Of a stretch of DNA of 64,000 nucleotides, positions 32,092 through 43,135 are shown piece after piece. Under the pieces are notes generated by a model, which saw only the letters and a program-made list of their open reading frames with translations, ran no database searches and was not told the origin of the DNA. The first letter of the stretch is position 1, and every line of letters begins with the position of its first letter. The stretch lies in contig CDRNVI010000019.1 of assembly GCA_977017575.1 (NCBI GenBank), positions 186,001 through 250,000 of the forward strand, given 5' to 3'. Made by a program: the position numbers and the translations under genes. This DNA comes from Paramoeba atlantica (lineage: Eukaryota; Protista; Discosea).

Positions 32092-32916
32092 TTAATTCTG
32101 GCGATACTTTGTGTGCCGCTGCCTTCCGGTATATGCATGATTCAACTCCCCGCACATTGCGCAAAGTCGTAAAAGCATGATGCAAATATTATCACCACCT
32201 TTCATTAAATCCTCTTTTGACAGGAAATCCGATTTCGACTGATCCAATGAATAAAGAGAAACATCATATTTCGTGGACAATTTTTCTTTTTCCCGATTTC
32301 TAGGCGCTGCAAACTGAGCAGATGTAACACGTATGTCTTGAAAACCTTCGATCAAAGATACGCTAGCCTCCAGTTCTTCACATGGTTTTGGATATTCAAA
32401 ATTTATACTTCGCAAAATAGGACACACACAAAATAATTCCCAGAGGCGACGAATATCCCGAATAACTAGTTTTCCTACAGGATTTCCCAAACCCGATAGC
32501 TGCATCGCGACTTGTGTGTGAAGGCATTTTACGGCATAGCAATGAGAAACGCCACCGTTACCAAATTTCCCTTTCATGGTCCTATGCCACGTAATTGCCT
32601 CCTCCTCCGTCATACATTGGGTGACAGATTCTAAGTAGGCTGCATGACTGTTCAAGTACGCTTGTTGGAAAGATGTTTGGTTAGGGTAGCTCATACTACA
32701 AAGCAGCATTTCGTGATAAAAACCAATACCACCTCCTCTCTCTAAGTGACCTATCACACGATTGATATGTGGGCACATAAGCCATATTGTAGTGGCGCCG
32801 ACGGGTTTCAAATTTTTGTTGCCCTTTACTTTTCCGGAGTGCAGAAAAAATTGAACTCCTATATGACCCTCGGGAGGAGACGCGCCGCACGCAATTGAGT
32901 TTTCTGGTAAAGGCAT
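32092..32916 (-). CDS. DUF501 family protein
   Basis: TTIWLMCPH..RVIGHLERGG, GNGGV and VKCLHTQVAMQLSGLGNPVG match DUF501 motifs. Confidence 0.8.
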   Translation of the reverse strand: MPLPENSIACGASPPEGHIGVQFFLHSGKVKGNKNLKPVGATTIWLMCPHINRVIGHLERGGGIGFYHEMLLCSMSYPNQTSFQQAYLNSHAAYLESVTQCMTEEEAITWHRTMKGKFGNGGVSHCYAVKCLHTQVAMQLSGLGNPVGKLVIRDIRRLWELFCVCPILRSINFEYPKPCEELEASVSLIEGFQDIRVTSAQFAAPRNREKEKLSTKYDVSLYSLDQSKSDFLSKEDLMKGGDNICIMLLRLCAMCGELNHAYTGRQRHTKYRQN

Positions 32917-33572
32917 CGAGCGAACACGATAGTCTAACGAACGGCTAAAAATGTAAGCATTGGCATTGTATGCCCTCGAGTGTAAGAAATCATGAACTGA
33001 AAGGCATATTTTTTTCGTCTTACCTTACGGAACAGGTAAATAAAGTATTCTGTCTTTAAATATTTACAGTGTACTATAACAGACATACGACGAGGTGTAC
33101 CTGGGGGATCGAAAATGTGGAAAGAAAACCTACAGAGTACCCGAACGCAAACCGATATCATCGGTTTCATCTGCCGCATGCAACGGCATTTGATTTGCAA
33201 TGGCGTCCAGGATTTATCCATCGCAGATGGTGGAGACAAACCCGATCTTTACGTAGCCGGAGTGGCGTGCTACAACCGTTTGCTTCATTGGAGAAAACCA
33301 ATGGAAACCGCGTCCAGCGGTCCTCAACGGAGGCCAGCGTGACGCATGACCTCTTCGGTCAGCACCGAAAAGGGGCAGCATGCTCACACGAGGGAGAAGT
33401 TCAACTTGAATCGGCCTTCGAATTTCACGCGTATTTACTGGTGAGAAATATCAGAACTGTAAAAGCAACTTCGTCGGTGACCTGCTTATGTGGCACGTGC
33501 GAAACCCCGGGCTAGCGTCTACCGTTTAATCCTCCCCGGAAACGGAGCAAGGAGACGTACAGCATTTGTACA

Positions 33573-33980
33573 TTACTGTTTTTTTGTTGAAGGATTGGAA
33601 GTTCTTTTTGAAGTAACATACAGTGTTCTCCCATCAGAAAGAGTTGTACCAGTCAGTTTTTGTGCCTGTTCAGCGAATCCAACCGTGCTAAATTCAATAA
33701 AACCAGATCCCTTAGGTGTGCCATCCGATTGAAGCAATCTGCGAAATTTCGTAATCTCATCGGACAGAGGACCAAAACAAGATTTTATGTGCTCCGAAGC
33801 ACAATTCGATGTAAATCCAGCGAAGAATACGCTTTGATTATTTATGAATTCAAGCTTGGGTTCCACTACCATGGCCTTGTGCCCAGTGGACTGGATGTGG
33901 CGTAACGTAAGCTCTTCTTCAAGCAAGTGTATTTCTTGTTTGAGACGTTCTATTTCTTGTCGAAGCGTTGAACTGTCCAC
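33573..33980 (-). CDS. PABPN1/PABP2-like coiled-coil + RRM protein
   Basis: EIERLKQEIHLLEEE coiled coil, SVFFAGF (RNP2), PKGSGFIEF (RNP1) and GRTLYVTSKRTSNP (cf. GRQIKVIPKRTNRP). Confidence 0.65.
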   Translation of the reverse strand: MDSSTLRQEIERLKQEIHLLEEELTLRHIQSTGHKAMVVEPKLEFINNQSVFFAGFTSNCASEHIKSCFGPLSDEITKFRRLLQSDGTPKGSGFIEFSTVGFAEQAQKLTGTTLSDGRTLYVTSKRTSNPSTKKQ

Positions 33981-34809
33981 TAAATCATTTATACTCGTTG
34001 TAGACTGTAGCGAAACGTATAAGACATGAAAATTATTATGCGAATGCTCGTACTACCGTTTCTCCGATTATAATAATTAGCAGATATTTTTGCGCGGAAA
34101 TTATTCCGTTATTGTATTCTTTTCCGTTAATGGTTATTCCAATGTGTTTTACCAAGGTTTTACTTGCCATTAAAAAACACAAATATGATACTTAGAGAAA
34201 TCAAATTAGTATTCTTACAAAGTTTTTTTTGGCCATTTTTTTTACAAGTAGTAGTTTTTTAGTAAGGTTACAAGTAATTTTTTTTTACAAGGTTAGTATT
34301 TCCCTATTACGCACTATTTAGTCTGCACGCAATTTAGATTAAAAACTACTTCTTTACGTCCTGTTATGTTTTTCACATTTTTAGTCCCACCTCATGGTTC
34401 TCCGAGGCAGAAACAGATTACGGGCAGGCATGGGACACATACATTCCCAAACCCTCTCATCACTACTGACCCTCTCCCATCTTCACCACACCTCCTTTCC
34501 CCCCCACACCGCAGTAACCACTAGTCCGCTCTCCCTCCCCTGTGCACCACAGTAACCCCACTTTCTCTTTCTCCTCCACAATAACCATCAACGACTTCAT
34601 TGATGCTCTTCAATCATCATGCTTTATTGTATCCATGTCATGTCCGCAGCAATCTGGGTAGAGGTTACAAAGTGTTTCTATTTTGGCTGCGCCCAGCGAC
34701 GCATACCCCCTAGTAATTTGTCATCCGCCCTACGCCCCTAGTTATTTGTCACTGTTCTTCAAAAAATGCAAAGATTTCTGTTATAATAATTATTGACTGC
34801 CCCTATGGA

Positions 34810-35046
34810 TTAAACGCGATTAAATATTCTGATGCTCCACCTGATAAAAAATATCTTGTGTTTTTCCTTGGTTTCTTCGAAAAAATCATATTTTCGATGC
34901 CATGGTCGTCTATTTGACGACAGATGTTCTTGAGCTGGTACCCACCCGGTCGCTGAATCATAAAAGCTACCGTAATTAAGCTTTAAGGTATCTACGGAAA
35001 ATGATTCTAACTGTACCACGGCAATCCCTTGGGTTCGCATCAGCAT
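34810..35046 (-). CDS. Hypothetical small protein
   Basis: 78-aa ATG ORF directly downstream of the rhodanese gene; no motif. Confidence 0.25.
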   Translation of the reverse strand: MLMRTQGIAVVQLESFSVDTLKLNYGSFYDSATGWVPAQEHLSSNRRPWHRKYDFFEETKEKHKIFFIRWSIRIFNRV

Positions 35047-35073
35047 ACTTTTTGTCAGGGTATCATGGCGAAA

Positions 35074-35688
35074 TCATGGTGCTTGCGTGGAAACTAACGT
35101 TGGATACATCTGATAAAACATTTGAAAGCCACCTGAAAGCACTGATACGCTCGCAGTATCTTTTTCTGGAATGTTGATTTCCCTCATTACATCTACACAA
35201 AGGGCAGCTGCTGCGGGACCACGCTGTTGACTGAACATACAGTGAAAAACAAGGGTACATTTGGAAATATTGGCCTCGTCGCGTAGAGTTTGCTTCTCAA
35301 AAAGACGTCTACGATCAGAAAACAATGTGTGGAGGAATTCCTGCATTTTTAAGCGGCATAATGATTTTGAAGGCAGATGCAAACTCTGCGGTATGTATCC
35401 CTCTTCCCGGTCCTCATCGCGCACATCTACAACAATTACTTCTTTCCGAAAAAGAGCCCCGCCCTTTATCACAGTGGCAAGCTCAGCGCTAGTTATTTTT
35501 CGTACGGACATGTTCATAAGAAATATTGGGTTTTGTAAACAACAATTTTGTTGTACTACTTCTGGCATATTACATGCAGTATGAATATACAGTACTACAG
35601 TACGAATTTCAAAACGCAACCTACCATATCCCGTGACGGAAACGTTCTGAGAAAATAGAGAACTGAAGAAGCGAAAAAGCGGAAACAA
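35074..35688 (-). CDS. Rhodanese/Cdc25-like phosphatase (ACR2-type arsenate reductase)
   Basis: VIVVDVRDED..EGYIPQSLHLPS, LVFHCMFSQQRGP (HCX5R) and VLSGGF. The listed start is TTG; the real ATG is probably MPEVV or MNMSV. Confidence 0.85.
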   Translation of the reverse strand: MFPLFRFFSSLFSQNVSVTGYGRLRFEIRTVVLYIHTACNMPEVVQQNCCLQNPIFLMNMSVRKITSAELATVIKGGALFRKEVIVVDVRDEDREEGYIPQSLHLPSKSLCRLKMQEFLHTLFSDRRRLFEKQTLRDEANISKCTLVFHCMFSQQRGPAAAALCVDVMREINIPEKDTASVSVLSGGFQMFYQMYPTLVSTQAP

Positions 35689-35803
35689 ATATTATTCTCT
35701 TATTAAGCTTTTCTCCACTATTGTTCACCCTGGTTTGTTTGAAACAAATATTATTCTCTTATTAAGCTTTTCTCCACTATTGTTCACCCTGGTTTGTTTG
35801 AAA
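35682..35803. repeat. Perfect 59-bp tandem duplication
   Basis: gaaacaaatattattctcttattaagcttttctccactattgttcaccctggtttgttt at 35682 and at 35741. Confidence 0.95.
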
Positions 35804-36309
35804 AGTAGATTTTCAAAATCGACATGAATTTTTCTTAATTTATTTATCTTATTTTTCGAATAATGTAGTTCATGACACAAGCACATACATTAGGAAAATA
35901 GATATTTCAGGTTACATTATCATTTCAGGTTCACTCAAACCCCTTTTCAAACATCTCCCTCTGTTACCCGCTTCACTGGTCTGGACTGGTGACCCGCAAA
36001 CGTGACGTTGAGGGGGCTTTCATTAAAACGGTATCGATGCTTCAAACTTCGACCCCATCTCTCTTGTATTTAATGGCTATGCACGGCGATTTTCGGCAAA
36101 GGGCACAACCCGTCGAAATACTTATCCTTATAAAATTAATTAAGAAAAGACGCAGTACAGTGTAGTCTACTCGCAATTAATTTCTGATGTCTGTGCTTTT
36201 GCAGTAGGCAAAGACAGTTGTATTGGCCTTCCAAACATGAAAATGTTTTGCCCCAAAATTGTCAGCCATACTATCGTCGGCTATACCAACCATTGTGTAT
36301 GAGTAATAC

Positions 36310-36693
36310 TCAAAAAGGATATGGTGGCAACGGACGTTGTCTCAGAATTCCACTTATTCGTTGTTGACACCATATTTTATGTTCTTCCTCTTTCTTCAAA
36401 TAATCTTGCCTGAACAGCTTTGCTTCACGAAGAGAAAGCGTTCTAACAGCTCGATTGTAAGCTTTTATACCTTCAAGATCGGGCGATATATATTCTCTAA
36501 TGAAAGTTGCCATTTGCAGGCCGATTCTATGCAAAGATTGGATGTCCTGCCGCGGTGTATCCTTGTGGTATTTGTATAATTCTAGCTTGATTTTATGTCG
36601 AGCCCAGAATAATTGTGCACGATCCTGAGGATAAGCATCACGAATAGCTTGACACAACTTACGGTAAAGATGCTGTGAAGAATTCCAAGACAT
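36310..36693 (-). CDS. LYR-motif-like small mitochondrial protein
   Basis: HLYRKLCQAIRDAYP..RAQLFWARHKIKLELYKY resembles the Complex1_LYR pattern. Confidence 0.5.
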   Translation of the reverse strand: MSWNSSQHLYRKLCQAIRDAYPQDRAQLFWARHKIKLELYKYHKDTPRQDIQSLHRIGLQMATFIREYISPDLEGIKAYNRAVRTLSLREAKLFRQDYLKKEEEHKIWCQQRISGILRQRPLPPYPF

Positions 36694-36981
36694 GGAATGC
36701 CAAACTGAGTAGAAGGAAAGCGAGAAATTAAAACGTAAATAAAGTTATAAAGTTCATCGCGGACACACCGAATTGTTGGAAACTACTGTACATTACATCG
36801 CACTACAAGTCGTGAGCGATACAATCGAGTCCGTTTTCCTGTTTGTGTTAGAAACCAAGGATTCGAACTCTATTCGGCCTCAAATCATCGATTGACACGA
36901 TATGCGCTTAAATGTGAGTTTGATGCCCTTGAAGAGCGCAGGGATCACGATACATTAGAAATTTGAGCTATAAGATTTTGT

Positions 36982-37368
36982 CTACTTGGAGACTATTGTA
37001 TTGTTCGGGCTCTCTGGAGCCAAACATCCATAGTTCTCTGTTACAGACAGTCCTGTTGTACTAGATAAAGTAATAAGACGATCACTGATGTGCAAAAGTT
37101 GGAGATTTCGCGATCTTCCTTTATTTTCCTTGTCACTATTCATAATGGCTGTTGCTGTTGTCCTATTAGACCGGGAACATCGACTCTCAATATTATTCTC
37201 ACAATTTGGTAATGTAACAAAGTCTTTTCCTAATCTACTGCCCAACACAGCACAAGCATGCAAGAAACTTTCCTCTTCGTGATATATGCGACGCTCAATT
37301 TCAATTAATTGACATCCCACACGTTCTCTCGGGGCGTGCTCCAAAAATTCCATGATACTAAATCGCAC
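36982..37368 (-). CDS. Hypothetical protein
   Basis: 128-aa ORF on the coding strand; no motif. Confidence 0.35.
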   Translation of the reverse strand: MRFSIMEFLEHAPRERVGCQLIEIERRIYHEEESFLHACAVLGSRLGKDFVTLPNCENNIESRCSRSNRTTATAIMNSDKENKGRSRNLQLLHISDRLITLSSTTGLSVTENYGCLAPESPNNTIVSK

Positions 37369-38017
37369 TATACATGTATGTATGTAGTAAGCATGAACCG
37401 GATAAAGTCATTACTGTTCAAAAAGGAAGAACTTAACGAGACGCACAAAACTTGTACTGGCACTGAAAGCCTATTACAGTGTATGTAACGTACATGTTTC
37501 TTATCATGTCCCACGCGAACTAGTGCCTCAGCTTTCTTAAGGAACCTCTGACTTCCGCGTTACATCCAAGCCAAAATTTTATCGCTAAAACTGGTACATT
37601 TTTTTTTGTTTTTTAATTAAAAGTTGTCAATTTTTGGCAAGAACCATTTTTCTATTTTATTTTTGTCAATTTCACATGAAGTCTGATGTTGGCAACCACC
37701 TTTTAGAGAAGAGTGCCATGGATTTCGCACAAACTCAAATTTCATCAATTTTTTGACCATCCTTGACAATCATCGAGTGAGATTTCGGTTTCGACTACTG
37801 TGTATTCTAAGGTAACCGGGTGACACTCAGTGCGATTATAGAAGTATAAAGAGAACCCGCGGTAAACCTCGTAGCTACGAACAGGCAAGCTGGACGACAC
37901 AAAACGTCGTAAGGCTCTGTTGCCTTTTTAGATGATGAATCAATGGGACCTATAAGGATAATTTTATGTGAACTACTTAGCGAAAATCTTGACAAAATCG
38001 ATATCGTAGAAGACGCA

Positions 38018-38301
38018 TCGTAGACCCCCCCAGTAACAAGGATTTGACCCTTTTTCGGCGGTCCCCCAGTAACAAGGCTCGGGAGGGTGGTTGGAGGGAG
38101 GTGTTTGGGCGGGTGGGGGTTGCTGGGCGGGTGAGAGTAGTTGCGCGGGAGCGAATGGCGTAGTTGCGGGGGTGGCTGGACAAAAAAGCAACGCATTCAT
38201 GAACAAAAAGGGTCTTTTCCCACCCAAAAGGCATACCCCCCAATAACAAGGATTTGGTCATTTCGGCCCAAAATCGATTCTATTACTGGGGGGGTCTACG
38301 G
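38018..38301. mobile_element. MITE family A, copy 2 (284 bp)
   Basis: CA|TCGTAGACCCCCCCAGTAA ... TTACTGGGGGGGTCTACGG|TA (18/19 TIR match, left TSD decayed to CA); the right ~75 bp is homologous to copy 1. Confidence 0.88.
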
Positions 38302-38441
38302 TATTAGAAATTGGTAGCATACTGAAAGGGGAAAGGGGACTATGTGGTGTGCGACGAGCAGCACTCATCGCATCTACCGAACAAGTTTCATTTCTCCCAT
38401 AAAAACAAAATTTGGACTGATATTTCCAATGCGAAGGTATC

Positions 38442-41258
38442 TTACGACATGAAGACATCCACGTCTGACTTGGCAGTTGGCTCTGTGCCCCGAAGAAAAG
38501 CGTGTTCTAAAAGTTGCTCTACTGTCGCCCTCTTTTCTGAATCTCTTTCAAAGCACTTTAAAAGAAAATCTGCAAGCAAAGGGTCTAATTCTGTTGGTAA
38601 GTTTGGTGGTAAGCCGGATGTTTCAGTAATTTGCTGCATTGCTTGATACAGTGTTGCTGCCTGTCTCCATGGTGGTCGACCTCCATTGAGCATTTCCACA
38701 ATTGTACACCCGAAGGACCATACGTCTGAATTGTACGTCCACTTGACTCCATGAAATGCCTCGGGCGCCATCCAAAGAGGGGTTCCCGTAATCGTCGCAG
38801 TTTCGGAACCAGTGACCAATTTTTTGGCCGTTCCAAAATCAGCAACTTTCAGAACGCCTGTTTTGGAAATCAGTACATTGTCTCCTTTGAGATCACGATG
38901 TACAATCTGATGATTATGAAGGTGCTTTAACGCACTCAATATCTGGGTAGCGTAGCTTTGTAACGTTACTTTACTGAGGCCCCCACTTGGAAGTTTTCGG
39001 CACATTTGGCTAAGGCTTCCTCCTTCAGCGTACTCCATCGCAATGGTAATGTCACGTGTGTTGCGATTCAGCTGACAACCGTAATACTTGATCAAATTCC
39101 TATGTTCGGGAAGTTCCCTCATTAGGTTAACTTCTCTCACAATACTCTGTGCTTCCTTGAGAGAAAGTCGGTCACGATGCTTCCCTTTTAGAGGAATGAC
39201 TTTCAATGCGACAACGGTTCCTGTATCTTCTCTAAACGCTTTGAATACTTTACCGTGAGCCCCACGTCCGATGAGATGCCCGCGGGTAAACTTCAATGTT
39301 GGGCTACTATCTGCGGATTTCGCGGCGATATCCATAAAAATATAATCCGTTGCTGAACGGGAAGTATTGTCAGAGAATGGTGAAGGACTTGGTGCTGATG
39401 ACGGACTTCCTTGTGGTGACTCTGTGTCAAGATCTGACGAAAACGAGAATGATTCCTGTTGAGTTGGTGTTGAAGGACTTGAGAGTGCTCCGTTGTTCAC
39501 AGTATATGCGCTTTCTTCCTCCGGCGCTGGTAGCAGAGATTGCAATGCTGGAGGTTTTTCGGATCTTACGGAACCCATTGAAGAAATAATGTCTTCTGAA
39601 GATGTAGTGAATGCCTCACACTGGCTTGATTTTTTCTTACGATAAAGCAATATACTCATTAATGCAGCGTTCAGAAGAAAACAGACGCTTATCCATACAA
39701 GAAAAATACGTTTGTAATGATGCCTGTGAAGGAAAGGGGCCAATTGTCTTGCCGTCGGAGGTAATTCTATGCTAAAAATAAGGACCGATTCCGAAGGCTG
39801 TAGTTCCGTACTGCTATGAGCAAATAATTTGTTGCGACCCTTTTTGCTTACAGTCACCGTTGGCTGCTCAAAGACATCTGAAGATTCCTTTGAAACGCAG
39901 TGTTTACCCCCCACAACAGCAATAGTATATTCATTCAGTCGGGCATTCGGTAGATTTCCAGAGTATACCGCGTGCATGGAAGAGCCCGCAAGCTGAAAAT
40001 TATTACTCTCCAGTGATCCAAGTAAAAGATTCAAGTTCACAACTCGCCAACCACAGCTACGACAACTGAGGTCCAAAACCTCTGCAAAAGGAACTATATT
40101 GCCGTCTTCGCCGAACCCACCAAAAACAAACAAGTAATTTTTGCCCTTTGTTCCGTCACCAACTACTATAACAGAATGGTGACTCCTTGCGTAATGAAGC
40201 GGAGCGTATGGCTTCCATCCTAATTGCTCCTTAAAAAACCAAACTTTGTTCGTAACTGCACCGTTTGATATGAGTTGACCCCCAATCACAAACAAGATCC
40301 GTAAGGCATACAATGCGATTCGATGTCCACGTAAGCTCTCTGGCAAAAGAGCAACGACCTTTTTCTGATAAAATATTGGCCAATGAACAGTATCGTACTC
40401 AACAATTTCCCTGGAACAGTTCACACTATCCAATACTTCCCCTGAGAAACCTTGTCTTGGTGATAACACTGCAGGTTCAATAATTTTGCTATGCTTGCGA
40501 ATCCGTGAAGAATCTTTACTTGTACTTATATCCTGCTGCCTTGAGTGTCCGACAGAATGTTGAGCATTTATTTCTTTGCGTACATTATGTATCCTCACGC
40601 CGCCTCCGACCCAGATATAATCCCCAAGTTGAACAATCGTACTTTCACTCACTGGTGGAACGTTCGTTCCCCACGGCTCTCCATGCTCAGGAGGGGCATA
40701 CCAATGAGGTTCTAACCACTGCTCAGTGGCCAAATCGAACACATCCGTATGTTCTGGAATATGGCCTCGTGGACCCACGCCACCTAACAATATGGCTACG
40801 TGATTGTGTATAACTGCACCAGAAGCATTCACTCTAGGAGTATGATACAACCCGGTATGATCCCCTGGGAGAGAAAACCACTTACGTTTCTCCATATCAT
40901 ATTTGAAATTTCTGGTGGCCCAAGTGCCATTCGAATACGTACCCCCGAAAACATAAAGACCAGATGCATACAGAAGAGTTACTGAGCCCAATCGTGGACC
41001 GTCAGGAAGAGTTTCGGTATGCGGCTTTCCGACAAGTGCGATTGAGATGTTCAATTCGGTTAAAGAACACGAAATATTTTTTCTGACCATAGAGTCCGCT
41101 GAGTAAACTCTATGCATATTTTCTTGGCGGAAAAACGGATCCAAGTAGGTACGACCCAAAGTCAAACCCAATAAGACGCTCCCCACGAGAGGCAGTAATA
41201 TTGTTTGAAGACAATACTGACGTTCTGACAGAGTGCTGCATACTCTATTAACCGACAT
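38442..41258 (-). CDS. Receptor-like kinase 1: N-terminal hydrophobic signal + kelch repeats + TM + STE11/MAP3K domain
   Basis: ILLPLVGSVLLGLTLG; kelch GG motifs (LYVFGG, AILLGG, IWVGGG, LFVIGG, YLFVFGG, IAVVGG); TM IFLVWISVCFLLNAALMSILLY followed by RKKK; IGRGAHGKV, VALK, HRDLKGDNVL, DFG and GTPLWMAPE. Confidence 0.9.
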   Translation of the reverse strand: MSVNRVCSTLSERQYCLQTILLPLVGSVLLGLTLGRTYLDPFFRQENMHRVYSADSMVRKNISCSLTELNISIALVGKPHTETLPDGPRLGSVTLLYASGLYVFGGTYSNGTWATRNFKYDMEKRKWFSLPGDHTGLYHTPRVNASGAVIHNHVAILLGGVGPRGHIPEHTDVFDLATEQWLEPHWYAPPEHGEPWGTNVPPVSESTIVQLGDYIWVGGGVRIHNVRKEINAQHSVGHSRQQDISTSKDSSRIRKHSKIIEPAVLSPRQGFSGEVLDSVNCSREIVEYDTVHWPIFYQKKVVALLPESLRGHRIALYALRILFVIGGQLISNGAVTNKVWFFKEQLGWKPYAPLHYARSHHSVIVVGDGTKGKNYLFVFGGFGEDGNIVPFAEVLDLSCRSCGWRVVNLNLLLGSLESNNFQLAGSSMHAVYSGNLPNARLNEYTIAVVGGKHCVSKESSDVFEQPTVTVSKKGRNKLFAHSSTELQPSESVLIFSIELPPTARQLAPFLHRHHYKRIFLVWISVCFLLNAALMSILLYRKKKSSQCEAFTTSSEDIISSMGSVRSEKPPALQSLLPAPEEESAYTVNNGALSSPSTPTQQESFSFSSDLDTESPQGSPSSAPSPSPFSDNTSRSATDYIFMDIAAKSADSSPTLKFTRGHLIGRGAHGKVFKAFREDTGTVVALKVIPLKGKHRDRLSLKEAQSIVREVNLMRELPEHRNLIKYYGCQLNRNTRDITIAMEYAEGGSLSQMCRKLPSGGLSKVTLQSYATQILSALKHLHNHQIVHRDLKGDNVLISKTGVLKVADFGTAKKLVTGSETATITGTPLWMAPEAFHGVKWTYNSDVWSFGCTIVEMLNGGRPPWRQAATLYQAMQQITETSGLPPNLPTELDPLLADFLLKCFERDSEKRATVEQLLEHAFLRGTEPTAKSDVDVFMS

Positions 41259-41600
41259 TTATGTACATAGAGACTAAAATTGAAGAGATTTCTTTAATCG
41301 TGGACAGCAAAAGTCACGAATAAAAGCTTGTCGCAAAGGGCTTTTTACATGCAGGGGGTGCACGAAAATATTGAGGATAAAATTCGTAAATGTTGGCCAA
41401 TTTTGGAAGGTAGCATCGCATTCGAGAGCTCTCATAGAGTTACATGTGATATTATTACCTATCGCGCATTCTTGGGATTGTTTCCTAATTTTTTCCAATT
41501 GTTGAACCTGAATTCTGGTTGCCACAAAGTGCCATACACCCCTGTTCCACTTTTTTGCCCGCAATTGATTGAGCACACCAGATGAGCTTTTCGAATTTTC

Positions 41601-41709
41601 TTTTTTAGGCTCTTCGTTATACGCGGTGGTCGCTTTCAACTTAGAAGTCACTCATGCTGCGCGCTTCGCGTTGAAAACTACCACCGCGTATGACGAAGAG
41701 CCTAAAAAA
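41601..41709. repeat. 40-bp-arm inverted repeat (37/40) with a 29-nt spacer
   Basis: 41601-41640 versus 41670-41709 (GTTGAAA.C.ACCACCGCGTAT.ACGAAGAGCCTAAAAAA); spacer + right arm recur, diverged, at 42421-42500. Confidence 0.9.
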
Positions 41710-43135
41710 AAAATTGGCTTCGAAAGCAGGAGAAACCGGAAGGATTGGAGCCAAAATTAGCCAATTTTAGGGTAGAAATAGGGTTATTTTTGCGTACTTT
41801 TGTTCTCAGAGCACTAAATTCGACTTTTTTTAAATCACTCGTACGCATGAATGTAAGGCTACAGAACGTAATCGGTATAGAATTCGAGTCCAACGACACC
41901 ATTCTTCCGGGACAAAAACCGGGACAAAAATACCCCTTCGGGACCGAAAAATACTTTTTGGCATTTTTTAGTCAAATTTGGGCCATTTTGGTAGGCGCAC
42001 CACGGCTCATAGAAGGGGTATCTCGTGAAACCAACTGCGGAGAAAGCTAGTATATGCCGAACTCTCAAAATACAATAGGGGAAACAGTTTTAAAAAAGTA
42101 TTTTTTTTGCCATTTTTTTCGCCAAGTTGAATTTTTTTTGCAAAAGAATTTGGGTAACCGGCACTATAAATGTAGGTTAAAATCCATTTTTTTCTGATGA
42201 TTTTTTTCCGCTCGAAAAAACTTTTACATGACTTTTTAAAACGTTTCCACTCATACTCATGTCGTTCCAACTTATATTTCAATGCTTGGAATACTCAATG
42301 GACCGCCCAGGATATACTACATTGGCCTACTACATTGGTCTACTTGGTACTGGTGACCTGTAAAAAGGATAAGGTGCGCTCCCAGACGCTCCCAGACACT
42401 CCCATCCAGTTTGAACCCTCTTAGAAGCCACCACGGCTACCCCCTTCGCGTTGAGAACTGCTTCCGCGTTTAACGCAGAGACTAAAAAGGAAAAAATTGC
42501 GAAACGATCCAGAATAATCCAACTTTTGGTACAAATACTCGATTCTCCCCATATTTCGTATTCTCCCCATATTTCGGACGTTTTTTGGGGTCTTACCATT
42601 AGAGGTAGGGGGCACATCTGATCGAAAAAACGTGTGGTCTGGTAAGTAAGCTAAAAAAATAAATAAGAAAAGAGATCAACGAAAGATCAAAAACTTTTTC
42701 CTGAGTCCTTTTGGGCATGATTGTTCAAACAAATTTTACTTGTTTTCAACCTACATTTATAGTGCCGGTGAACCAAAAATTTTTCCGAAAAAATCCGAAC
42801 TTGTCGGACCCGTCCTGCGCATACGTGGGGGGGTCACCCCCGGGTAGGGGGGTGGAAAATACGTACCAAGACCCTGGCTACCCGTTCTGCGCTTTTGTTT
42901 CGAAAAATAATTTTTTCAAAAAAAAATTCGTGCGGTATGCCCCCCATGGACCCCCCAAGGGTCCGATTTTTTTTTTGAAATTTTTTGGACCACCGGAGCC
43001 CCTTTTATATATTTTTCTTCTATTATATTACTGTGTTCCTCTTATATTTTCACTGTTTTTGTTCACTTTTTTTTCAATAATCGAGGGTAAAGCGGTAGTT
43101 ATACAACCACCGCAATTTTTTCAGCAAAGTACGTA

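Noticed and set aside
33069-33515. 148-aa plus-strand ORF in an apparent gap
   Set aside because: Against the polycistron, with no recognisable motif; cannot be supported without expression data.
34560-34620. Possible C/D snoRNA (ATGATGA box on the minus strand)
   Set aside because: No CTGA D box at a suitable distance and no terminal stem.
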